Origin: an uncultured Acidimicrobiaceae bacterium
Lineage (GTDB): Bacteria > Actinomycetota > Acidimicrobiia > Acidimicrobiales > RAAP-2
Direction of reading: 5' to 3'
DNA length: 64,000 nt
Assembly: GCA_963770635.1 (NCBI GenBank)
Contig: CAVYQI010000003.1
Span: 500,488 to 564,487, forward strand
The notes beneath the pieces were generated by a model that saw only the letters and a program-made list of their open reading frames with translations, was not told where the DNA came from and did not search any database. Below, piece by piece: positions 9,823 through 17,766 of this stretch. The position numbers and the translations under genes were made by a program. Each line of letters opens with the position of its first letter. The first letter of the stretch is position 1.

Positions 9823-10941
9823 TCAGTCGGCGGCGGCTGCGGCCAGGCCAAACAGCTCGCCGAACCGATCGACCATCATGTCCCTGCCTTTCAGGTCGGC
9901 AACGACCTCGCGGCTGACGATCTCATCCTGCCCCGGGAACTGGCCGGCGCCGCCCTCGGGCCCGATGGGCACCACGATGCCGACGCCGATGGACTCGTAC
10001 TTGGCGAGGTCAGACTTACCTTCGATGAGCGCGTTGATGTTCTCGGCCACCGTGACCGCTTGCCGGCCGGCGAAGCCCGCCATCTTGGCGTCCGCCGTCG
10101 ACAGGTCCCCGAGGGCGAACACCGTTGTCTGGCCGGCGACCTGGAGAGTGGGCCCTACCTCGATGAACCCGTCCGGACGACGCGCCGGCATCAGCGTTTC
10201 CCCGAGGTAGTCACTGTTGGGTAAGACGCCGAAGCAGCGAAACCAGATGTCGGCATTTATGTCCACTCCGCCTTCGGTCGTCACCATGAACGTCCCCAAC
10301 TCCCCGGGCTCGGTTGGCGGCGAATCCCGCAGCGGGCTGCTCAGGAGTACCTCGACGCGGAATTCGGCGAGTTGGTTAAGGAGCTCGGCCTTGAGCTCCG
10401 GCTTGAATCGGCCGCCCAGCACCTCGCTGGCCACGTCGAGCAGGACGATCGACTTCTCCGGCCAGACGTGGCGTATCTCCCCCGCCAGTTCGATGCCGAC
10501 TGGCCCCGCCCCCAGGAGGAGGACCCGGTCGGCTTCCTCCAACGCCTGATGGACGATCCGGACCTGGCGGTGGGCACTCTCGGTGTCAACGAGATCGGTC
10601 TTCGCCGGGAACGGGTAGTAGGACCCGGTCGCCAGCACCACATAGTCAGCGGCGATCACCTCCCCCGAGGCTGTCTCCACCCGGTGGGGGTCGATGACCA
10701 CGGCACGGTCCTGGACAACCCGGCCGTGGGCGAGGAGGCCGTCGTAGGGGAAGTAGATCCTCGGCAACCAGCTCAGATCCACCAACGCCCGGAGGGCGGC
10801 GACATTGTGCAAGAACGCCTCCTTGGGCTCGACCAGCACCACATTGGTGGTCTCGTCCAGGGCCTTGGCCACGGCCACGCCGCCATAGCCGCCCCCGACC
10901 ACCACCACCGTCGGCTTGCCTGCCTCATCGTTCGTCGTCAT
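9823..10941 (-). CDS. FAD-dependent pyridine nucleotide-disulfide oxidoreductase (NDH-2/AIF-like)
   Basis: VVVVGGGYGGVAVAKAL and LLLGAGPVGIELAGE dinucleotide-binding motifs. ATG 10941 is preceded by AAGGAG. The ORF track starts 30 nt earlier, at 10971. Confidence 0.8.
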   Translation of the reverse strand: MTTNDEAGKPTVVVVGGGYGGVAVAKALDETTNVVLVEPKEAFLHNVAALRALVDLSWLPRIYFPYDGLLAHGRVVQDRAVVIDPHRVETASGEVIAADYVVLATGSYYPFPAKTDLVDTESAHRQVRIVHQALEEADRVLLLGAGPVGIELAGEIRHVWPEKSIVLLDVASEVLGGRFKPELKAELLNQLAEFRVEVLLSSPLRDSPPTEPGELGTFMVTTEGGVDINADIWFRCFGVLPNSDYLGETLMPARRPDGFIEVGPTLQVAGQTTVFALGDLSTADAKMAGFAGRQAVTVAENINALIEGKSDLAKYESIGVGIVVPIGPEGGAGQFPGQDEIVSREVVADLKGRDMMVDRFGELFGLAAAAAD

Positions 10942-10971
10942 CTCGCGGCAACTCCTTGTCCACGCGGCCAC

Positions 10972-11130
10972 TCGGCGATCTCCGACAATTCATATTCTAT
11001 ACAGATCATCTTGTCAACTGATCATCTGGTAATTCACGCTTGGTGACCGCCCAGGCCGTAGGATGAGTAGGTGGATGACGCCGTGAACTGCGGAGACGGA
11101 TCGGGAATGGTCGGCGGATGTGAAGACGCC
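10972..11130. promoter_or_regulatory. divergent promoter/operator region between the oxidoreductase and MarR genes
   Basis: Locally AT-rich stretch with a direct repeat GATCATCT at 11004-11011 and 11020-11027 (16-bp register). Its position fits a MarR autoregulatory operator. Confidence 0.35.
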
Positions 11131-11636
11131 ATGGCGGAGGATCTCGGTTGGGGCTTGGGCATGGTCTTCCGGGCCTATGTCACCGCCGCTCACACCGCGG
11201 TCGCCGATCTCCCTGGGGGACCCAGGGGATACCAGGTGCTCTCCACCGCCGTCCGGGGCACGGTCAACAGTCAGCTTGCCCTCGCCCAACACCTCGGCGT
11301 CGACCGCACGGTGATGACCTACCTCCTCGACGACCTCGAAGCCGCGGGTCTGATCGAGCGCCGCCCCGACCCCGCCGACCGGCGCGCCCGCCGCGTCGTT
11401 GCCACCGATGCCGGCATCAAGCTCCTCATTGCACTGGACGACCGCCTCCGCTCGGCGGAGGCGCAGCTGCTGGCGCCACTGGACGAGCCGGCGCGCGAGA
11501 CCTTCGCGCCCAGATCCGGTTGCTCGCCACCGGGCTCCATGCTTCCGACCCGCCGGACAATCCTTGTGACCTCGCGCAACAGGCAGACGCGGAGTTGCCG
11601 ACCCCCCGGACCGCGGCTCGACCTACTGTCTATTGA
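11131..11636 (+). pseudogene. MarR-family transcriptional regulator with a single frame break near 11505
   Basis: Winged-helix core QLALAQHLGVDRTVMTYLLDDLEAAGLIERRPDPADRRARRV in the frame of ORF 11071..11841. After ...PARETF the MarR-like C-terminal helix (RAQIRLLATGL) continues in the frame of ORF 11148..11636. Confidence 0.75.
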
Positions 11637-11683
11637 CATAGATCCGCCCCCCTCGGCGCCGGCAGTTGGGGCTTCCTTCGGGA

Positions 11684-12238
11684 TCAGGATTGCAACAAGG
11701 CAGCGAGCGCTCTCGTGTCGGTCAACACACGAGGATCGACCGGTCGGCCGTCAAGCCAGGCAGCTGGCGTGCCTTGTGGGTCCTGCTTCTGGAACGCCAA
11801 CTCGACCTGCAGCACCCACGCCTGATACCGGCCGTCCTTGACGCCCGAGACGTAGTCGGGGCCGGACAGTCCGGCTCGCTGACCGAGCTCCAGCAGATCA
11901 GCGGTAGTGAATCCACCAGTTCCCTCGGGTGGCTGTGAGGCGAAGATCTCTGTTCGAAGCTCATCAAATCGGTTTGCCTCGGCGGCGAGGGCCAGGGCAT
12001 TGTCCGCACGCACCGACTCGACCCCGAGGAAACAACGCATCCGGTACTCGATGGCCACGATTCCGGATTCTCGGGCGCTGCGCAGCAACTCTCCGGAAAT
12101 CTCCTCGAACTGCCGGCAATAAGGGCATTGTGGATCCTCGAACAAGATCATGCGCCGCGGCGTTTCTCCGCTGCCGAGGAGCACTCCGCCTTCCGCAGTG
12201 TGGCCGGAAGGAGATGGGTTGGATTCGGTGGACCCCAC
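11684..12238 (-). CDS. DsbA-family thioredoxin-fold protein (CPYC active site), no recognisable export signal
   Basis: FEDPQCPYCRQFEE thioredoxin-fold motif. GTG start at 12238 with an in-frame stop three codons upstream. No N-terminal TM or signal segment is visible. Confidence 0.7.
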   Translation of the reverse strand: MGSTESNPSPSGHTAEGGVLLGSGETPRRMILFEDPQCPYCRQFEEISGELLRSARESGIVAIEYRMRCFLGVESVRADNALALAAEANRFDELRTEIFASQPPEGTGGFTTADLLELGQRAGLSGPDYVSGVKDGRYQAWVLQVELAFQKQDPQGTPAAWLDGRPVDPRVLTDTRALAALLQS

Positions 12239-12712
12239 GGAACAGTTCTAGTCGAGACGTTGTCAACAATAATCGCGACATCAGAGGCCAACCGTCGGCT
12301 CGATGGCATCTAATTCTGGAGATTGGCCGGCGGATCGTGGGTTGGACTTCGTCGGGTTAGAACTCATCGACCAAGCCATCGGATCCCTGGCCCGCCGGCT
12401 TGAAGGAACTCGATCGTGCCGTGACACGAAAATGCCCGCTCGGCGCGGCGAGGCAGGACGTCGTCACCTCAATAGAACGCCAGTTCGGCGTGGGGCGGGC
12501 GGCGGAGAAGCCGATGTTTGGGGCGTCGTAATGAGCGCCGACACGTTCGGAGGCTGGTATCGGACTTCTGTTCGCGCGATCGATGTCCGCGACCAGCATT
12601 GGATCTCGCGCGGTGGTAGCCATCACAGACCCATCCCACTGCCAACCAATTGCGAGCAGCCATCGGTGGGCCAGCACTGCCCGGTTACAACACGCGGTCG
12701 CCCGATTCGGCG

Positions 12713-13255
12713 TCAGGAGGCGGCGTGGGTTTTCTCGGCTTCCTTCTCGACCTTGTACTTGTGGTGCTGGGCGAGGATCAGTTCGTGGCTAGCACCGTGG
12801 TTGGGCACACCCGGGTGGTGGTGCCTGCAGAGGATGTAGGGCGTCCCGTCCAATGGGTGGTGGCCGATGCGCCAGCAGCCCTTCGTGTGGCAGTTCACCT
12901 TGCGGACGCCGGTGTAGACGCCGATGGATACGGCGCTTATCAGTGTGGCCTCACCCAGGTCGGAGCCGAAACCGGACCAGAAGTTGTAGTAGAGGTCCGG
13001 TCCGCCATGGAGCGTCCCAGTGTGGAGCGCGAACCAATGACGGACGTCACTAAGGAAACCGATCATCAGCCCGATGAGGAGGATCAGAAGTACGATGCCG
13101 ATCAGCCAGGCAAGTCTGTTCCCGCTGCTGGTCGGTTCGAACTCCGGCGTCGGCACCGTGGAGGCATTGGCAGAGATCGCCCCATCGCCGCCACCGCTCT
13201 GCGTCGGAGTTGGGGAGTTTTCGGTTTGCGGGGGAGAACTCGATGGCTCAGTCAT
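12713..13255 (-). CDS. hypothetical membrane protein with C-terminal Cys/His-rich motif
   Basis: Pro/Ser/Thr-rich N-terminus, two hydrophobic helices (LAWLIGIVLLILLIGLMIGFL, ATLISAVSIGVYTGV), then CHTKGCWRIGHHPLDGTPYILCRHHHPG. Start is set at ATG 13255 because the ORF-track start (13384) lies inside the tRNA-derived att repeat. Confidence 0.55.
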   Translation of the reverse strand: MTEPSSSPPQTENSPTPTQSGGGDGAISANASTVPTPEFEPTSSGNRLAWLIGIVLLILLIGLMIGFLSDVRHWFALHTGTLHGGPDLYYNFWSGFGSDLGEATLISAVSIGVYTGVRKVNCHTKGCWRIGHHPLDGTPYILCRHHHPGVPNHGASHELILAQHHKYKVEKEAEKTHAAS

Positions 13256-13356
13256 GACTGTCCGATCCCTGTGGAACGGCCCGGAAAGAGGGTCCTCTCG
13301 CAGGCTATATCCACGTTCTCTCCGAAAGTGGGACCGCCACGACTCGATGCACAGCT

Positions 13357-13399
13357 GCGCGCTCGGCAGGATTCGAACCTGCAACCTTCTGATCCGTAG
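13357..13399. repeat. attL-type direct repeat (43 bp copy of the tRNA-Arg 3' part)
   Basis: GCGCGCTCGGCAGGATTCGAACCTGCAACCTTCTGATCCGTAG is identical to 16466-16508. Confidence 0.9.
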
Positions 13400-13486
13400 G
13401 TCTAAAGTGCCCCATATCTGCTATATACCGTGACTGTCCGTAGGTGTCGCTTAGGTACCGTGACCTGGAATGTTCCTCGATTTCCC

Positions 13487-13639
13487 TTAACCACAACTGA
13501 CCACTATTCGCCACCACCTTCTACGGTTTCCGGACGTTTTGTCGAGTCCGAGTAGCGACCTGAGCCGAGCATTCTCCGCTCGCAATGCCTCGACTTCGCC
13601 AAGGAGGCCCTCCGATTCTGGAAGGTCAGCGTCGCTCAT
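13487..13639 (-). pseudogene. 50-codon stub, possibly the truncated N-terminus of a larger island gene
   Basis: Translation by hand gives MSDADLPESEGLLGEVEALRAENARLRSLLGLDKTSGNRRRWWRIVVSCG*. It has a coiled-coil-like start followed by low-quality sequence. It is too short for the ORF track. Confidence 0.3.
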
Positions 13640-13742
13640 GGCCACCCGTCTTTCGCTTCCACATACTCGGTCTAAACCGTAGGTTCGACATATAGGCCCG
13701 CACCGTCTTCGCCACTTGCCGGAGAAGCCGGACCAACCCCGG

Positions 13743-14948
13743 TCAACTGTCGAGGCCCAAGGAGAGTTGCGCCTGGGGTGCCTGGTCCTCGTCGGGGATG
13801 TTCACGGGACCGTACACAGCTTCGAAGATCCTCGGGGCCTCGTAGATCCGGTTGCGCTCCCTTCCCGTGACCTCGTGCAGGTCGCCGCGCTCCACGAGCG
13901 TCTCGATGGCGGAGTGGGCTGTTGGTCGGGTCACATCGAGGATCCGCGAAACTCGGGAGGCGCTGACCACCGGTACCGAGAAGAGATACTCCGCTAACCG
14001 GACCACCGAATTCGGCCTTCCTTCTTCGAGGAGTGCATTGCGCATGTCGTGCTGGAGCTCCACCAGCCGCACGGTTCGCTCCTCGGCATCGCGGGCCTGT
14101 CGGCGCACGCCTCGGAGGAAGAACGTGAGCCACGGCATGAGGTCGCCCGTTTGGCTCGTGATGAGGAGGTTGTCGTAGTACTGGCTACGGTACTGCTCGA
14201 AATATGCGGAAAGGTAGAGGAGCGGCTGTGACAGCGCACCGCGGAGCACCAGCATCAGTGGGATGAGAAGTCGTCCGATCCGGCCGTTCCCGTCGAGAAA
14301 GGGGTGGATGACCTCAAACTGGTAGTGGGCGAGCGCCAGCTGGACGAGGAGCGGATGATCGTGCTCGTGGAGAAACCGCTCGAGATCGTCCAGCGCAATC
14401 CCCATCTCGTGCTGTGGCGGCGGTACGAACACGGCGTTGTCGAGTGTGGTTCCCCCAATCCAGACTGGGCTCTCTCGTAGGTCGCCAGGACGCCGATGTT
14501 GGCCGCGAACCCCCGAGAGGAGAATCTCGTGCATCTCGCGGAAGAGCCTGATCGAAACGGGAAATCCATCCTGCACGCGCTGTAACCCGAGTTCCATGGC
14601 GTGGATGTAGTTCTGGACTTCTCGGGCGTCGTCTGCCTCATCCGAATTCGGCGCCTCGCCGGCTTCGAAACGGAGGAGCTGCCCAACATCGGTCTTCGTA
14701 CCTTCAATGCGCGAACTGAGCACCGCCTCGAGCCGGAGGTGGGGGCCGATCAGCAGGTGCGGGTTCGGGATGAGGCGTCCGACTCCACCGAGCCGGTGCA
14801 CCGCCCCTGTCGCCTCGTCAAGAAGGACGACCATCTCCGAGGGGAGGTCGAGCCGTCGTGGTAGCGGCTCCGGAAAGAATGCGTAGAAGTCGGTGGGCGT
14901 CTTTCGGACCACCCCACGAGCTTGCGAGGTGAACGCGTCTGGTCGCAT
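13743..14948 (-). CDS. Fic family protein (AMPylase-type, N-terminal autoinhibitory helix, C-terminal wHTH-like tail)
   Basis: Canonical Fic motif HPFLDGNGRIGR (about 14271-14306). Inhibitory motif SSRIEG, matching (S/T)xxxE(G/N), lies upstream of the core. AGGAGG Shine-Dalgarno sequence sits 6 nt before ATG 14948. Confidence 0.9.
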   Translation of the reverse strand: MRPDAFTSQARGVVRKTPTDFYAFFPEPLPRRLDLPSEMVVLLDEATGAVHRLGGVGRLIPNPHLLIGPHLRLEAVLSSRIEGTKTDVGQLLRFEAGEAPNSDEADDAREVQNYIHAMELGLQRVQDGFPVSIRLFREMHEILLSGVRGQHRRPGDLRESPVWIGGTTLDNAVFVPPPQHEMGIALDDLERFLHEHDHPLLVQLALAHYQFEVIHPFLDGNGRIGRLLIPLMLVLRGALSQPLLYLSAYFEQYRSQYYDNLLITSQTGDLMPWLTFFLRGVRRQARDAEERTVRLVELQHDMRNALLEEGRPNSVVRLAEYLFSVPVVSASRVSRILDVTRPTAHSAIETLVERGDLHEVTGRERNRIYEAPRIFEAVYGPVNIPDEDQAPQAQLSLGLDS

Positions 14949-15154
14949 GAGGGGCCTCCTTGGTAACAGCGCTTTCCTCGTGGACAGCTTAACTAAAATT
15001 ATTAGCTAAAACTTTACTTAGCTGGACAGGAAGTCAAGCTGACTTTCCCGTCAAGTCGGAGGGGTCTGCCAACGCCTAGAGGGCAGGAGCTGGGACGGGC
15101 CGGCGACCGGCAGGGGTGGCGGCTCGCAGATCAATCCCCACGGGTCGCACCCCA
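14949..15154. promoter_or_regulatory. AT-rich intergenic region upstream of the Fic gene (candidate promoter/operator)
   Basis: This is the most AT-rich stretch in the window (CTTAACTAAAATTATTAGCTAAAACTTTACTTAGCT). TTAGCT and TGGACAG are each repeated, as is GTCAAG(C/T). Confidence 0.4.
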
Positions 15155-16396
15155 TCAGTTGGCGGTTTGAGCAGCTGCGACCCGAAGATTCCCCCCTGTC
15201 CTCAGCATCTCGTCGATGTCGTCGGCGACCGCTTGGTCTTCCAAGGGCATGGCGTGGGCGTAGTTGCGGAGCGTCGTGGAGGCGTCCCGGTGCCCGAGCC
15301 GTTGCTGCGCCTGGAGGAGGTCTCCCCGGCCAACCAGATAGGTGGCGACGGTACGCCGAAGCCGGTGGAGGCTAACGCCCTCCAAACCAGCCTCGTCCCG
15401 AAGTTCCGCGAACCAGTGGCCGAGTCCGCTGGTGGTCAGGCGCCGGCCATGGTCCAGGTCCCGGGAGAACAGCCATTCACCGAATTCGCTCTTGCCGGCG
15501 GCTCGTCGTAGCCAGGCCGCCTCACTGACCCTCCACAGTTCGACTGTCGTTCGTCCCAGAGTCAGCCGGCGCGCCTGCCTGGTCTTGGTCGGGCCAACCT
15601 CTTCCCCTGAGACCCCCCGCTCGATGGTGAGCACTCTGCCATCCAGGTCACCGAAGCGGAGGGCAGCCAACTCTCCCCGTCTGGCGCCGGAGTCGGCAGC
15701 TAGCCGGACCAGCAGTTGAACCTGTTCCGCCTTGTGGAGCGCGTGCAATGAGCTCGTCGAGCCGTTGAGTGCCGCCCCGGCCTTCTCCACCAAGGTCTCC
15801 GATGACTCGATGAGTGTGGCTAGGTCCCCTACCGGCACGTGCATGCGAGTACCGGGGCGGGGCGGCCCTCGCATATCCCTGATCGGATTGCGATCGATGA
15901 TCGATTCAGACTGTGCCCAACCGACGGACGAACGGAGCACCCGGAACCGACCCGACACGACGGACACGCTGGCACCCACCTCCTTCCACCTGGCCATCGC
16001 TTGGCGGACGACATCGGGCCGCAGGGACGACACCCGTTTTTCAGCGATGGGGTCCGCGGTGAGCACCTTGACGTTGGACCGGGCCGAGCTCCAGGTGGAA
16101 GGCCGCCAGTCGTGGTGGGCGGCCATCCACCGCTCCAGTAGCTCGCCAACAGTGAGGAACGGTGCGGCACGGCGGACCGCGCGGTACTCGGCGAACTGCT
16201 TGGCGAGTTCACTCCGGCGCTCCTCGGCGTCCTCAAGTGCTCCGTGGAACCAAAACGAACGTTGGACCGTGCGGCCCGAGACGGGATCGACGCCGACCGC
16301 GATGCGGATCTCGAAGACCCCTGGTCGACGTTCGCGTGGCGATCCCTGGCCCCAGACGCCCATCAGCCACAAAAATAGGGTCAGAAGTAGGGTCAC
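15155..16396 (-). CDS. tyrosine-type site-specific recombinase/integrase
   Basis: Catalytic-domain signature: ARRGELAALRF (Arg), HRLRRTVATYL (H-x-x-R), LGHRDASTTLRNYAH (His...Tyr). It lies directly downstream of tRNA-Arg on the same strand. The true start may be the internal ATG at 16363. Confidence 0.9.
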   Translation of the reverse strand: MTLLLTLFLWLMGVWGQGSPRERRPGVFEIRIAVGVDPVSGRTVQRSFWFHGALEDAEERRSELAKQFAEYRAVRRAAPFLTVGELLERWMAAHHDWRPSTWSSARSNVKVLTADPIAEKRVSSLRPDVVRQAMARWKEVGASVSVVSGRFRVLRSSVGWAQSESIIDRNPIRDMRGPPRPGTRMHVPVGDLATLIESSETLVEKAGAALNGSTSSLHALHKAEQVQLLVRLAADSGARRGELAALRFGDLDGRVLTIERGVSGEEVGPTKTRQARRLTLGRTTVELWRVSEAAWLRRAAGKSEFGEWLFSRDLDHGRRLTTSGLGHWFAELRDEAGLEGVSLHRLRRTVATYLVGRGDLLQAQQRLGHRDASTTLRNYAHAMPLEDQAVADDIDEMLRTGGNLRVAAAQTAN

Positions 16397-16463
16397 CGGT
16401 GGATCCCTACTTGTGCGCTCGCCCTGGATTCACCGTCTGACCAGGGACAACGCCGTAACGATG

Positions 16464-16540
16464 TGGCGCGCTCGGCAGGATTCGAACCTGCAACCTTCTG
16501 ATCCGTAGTCAGATGCTCTAATCCGTTGAGCTACGAGCGC
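16464..16540 (-). tRNA. tRNA-Arg (anticodon ACG), CCA encoded
   Basis: Reverse complement folds as a cloverleaf: GCGCUCG-UA-GCUC..GAGC-A-UCUGA-CUACGGA-UCAGA-AGGUU-GCAGG-UUCGAAU-CCUGC-CGAGCGC-G-CCA. Confidence 0.9.
16466..16508. repeat. attR-type direct repeat inside tRNA-Arg (anticodon loop to first C of CCA)
   Basis: Identical 43-mer to 13357-13399. Confidence 0.9.
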
Positions 16541-16659
16541 TGGTCGTCCCGATCAGGTTGCCGACCGGGACAGCGGGCCATCATATCGGGTCCAACCTGC
16601 GCCCCTCCTTGATCGCTTTCTGTGGTCGCCGGCAGCCTCACCATCGGCCTTCCTGTCCC

Positions 16660-17628
16660 TTACGGAACCAGCAGCACGCGACCGAATGCCCGACGGCTTT
16701 CGATGTAGGCATGGGCTTCGCCGGCCTCCTCGAGCGAGAAGCGCCGGTCGATGACGACCCGGAGCTCTCCGGAGGCGATGTCGTCGAGCAACGCGGCGAT
16801 CATGGCGTGGGGACGGGGGCTGAGGAACAGCTCCGCACCCAGGAAGTAGCCGACCAGGGATTGGTTTTGGGCCCGCATGGTTGAGATGTCCAACGTGGAC
16901 GGGGTTTCCCGGCCCGCATCCCCGAAGGTCATGCACCGCCCCCGGTAGGCCAGGCATTGCAAGCTCTTCTGTAGCGTCGAGCCCCCAATCGAATCCACGA
17001 TGACATCGGCTCCCCGGCCGCCGGTTAGTTCCCGCACCGCCTCGGCAAAGTCGACCGATGCGTAGTTGATGCCGTGATCGAGCCCGAGCTCACCCAGACG
17101 GGAGAGCCGCTCGTCACTCGACGCGGTGGCGAGTACCTGGGCGCCGGCTCGCTTGGCCAACTGGATGGCGGCGATACCGACGCCGCTGGCCCCGGCATGA
17201 ATGAGCGCCGTCTCGCCGGACTGGAGGCGGCCGAACTCGAAGAGGCAGTCATGGGCGGTCCCGAACGGAACCGGAACGCACGCCGCTTCCTCGGTCGACA
17301 GCCCTTCCGGGATGACCCAGCAGAATGCCTGGCCGGTGGCCCGCAGCTCGGCGTGGGAGCCGTTCAAACCGGTGGTCACCACCCGGTCACCGACCGCGAT
17401 CGCGGTGACGTTCTCCCCGATGGCCAGCACCGGCCCCGCACACTGGTAGCCGACGATGTGTGGATTGCTGGTGAGGGCGCCCTGGAGGCGGTTCAGGGTG
17501 TCACCGCCCTCGATGCTCACCGCTTCGACCCGGATGAGGACGTCCTCGGGCCCGATGGTCGGATCGGGCACCTCCTCGTAGCGGAACACGTCCGGACCAC
17601 CGTTCTCGTAGTACACGGCTGCTTTCAT
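16660..17628 (-). CDS. zinc-type alcohol dehydrogenase / quinone oxidoreductase (MDR superfamily)
   Basis: MKAAVYYENGGPDVF start and IHAGASGVGIAAIQLAK NAD(P)-binding motif. This is the C-terminal 322 aa of the long ORF 16660..18918; the remainder of that ORF is antisense to the next gene. Confidence 0.85.
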   Translation of the reverse strand: MKAAVYYENGGPDVFRYEEVPDPTIGPEDVLIRVEAVSIEGGDTLNRLQGALTSNPHIVGYQCAGPVLAIGENVTAIAVGDRVVTTGLNGSHAELRATGQAFCWVIPEGLSTEEAACVPVPFGTAHDCLFEFGRLQSGETALIHAGASGVGIAAIQLAKRAGAQVLATASSDERLSRLGELGLDHGINYASVDFAEAVRELTGGRGADVIVDSIGGSTLQKSLQCLAYRGRCMTFGDAGRETPSTLDISTMRAQNQSLVGYFLGAELFLSPRPHAMIAALLDDIASGELRVVIDRRFSLEEAGEAHAYIESRRAFGRVLLVP

Positions 17629-17766
17629 GGCTCTCCGCTCCTCTGTAGCCAGGCGAATGGGACGACGATGACCAGGTTTACCTGGTCGGCAAGGGGGACC
17701 GATCGTAGGCCTCGGATAGGCTTCGCGGCCGCACGTCGCAAACCGAACATTCTCTTGGAGGACCGC

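Larger units (their letters stand above)
13357..16508. mobile_element. small integrative element (genomic islet) inserted at tRNA-Arg(ACG)
   Basis: Perfect 43-bp direct repeats at both ends. One repeat lies inside an intact tRNA gene. The tyrosine integrase sits immediately downstream of the tRNA. Cargo is a Fic protein. GC is visibly lower than the flanks. Confidence 0.85.

Noticed and set aside
12303-12839. Overlapping candidate ORFs on opposite strands (12303..12839 plus, 12357..12677 minus) in the low-GC gap.
   Set aside because: Third-position GC is similar for both, and neither has recognisable motifs or a convincing SD. I cannot decide which, if either, is coding, so neither is listed as a feature.
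13305-13517. 70-aa minus-strand ORF spanning the left att repeat.
   Set aside because: Part of its translation is simply the tRNA-derived 43-mer. It has no family resemblance and crosses the element boundary.
13357-16508. Prophage interpretation of the tRNA-Arg element.
   Set aside because: It is only ~3.15 kb and has no capsid, terminase, portal, repressor or lysis genes. An integrative islet or remnant is the more economical reading.
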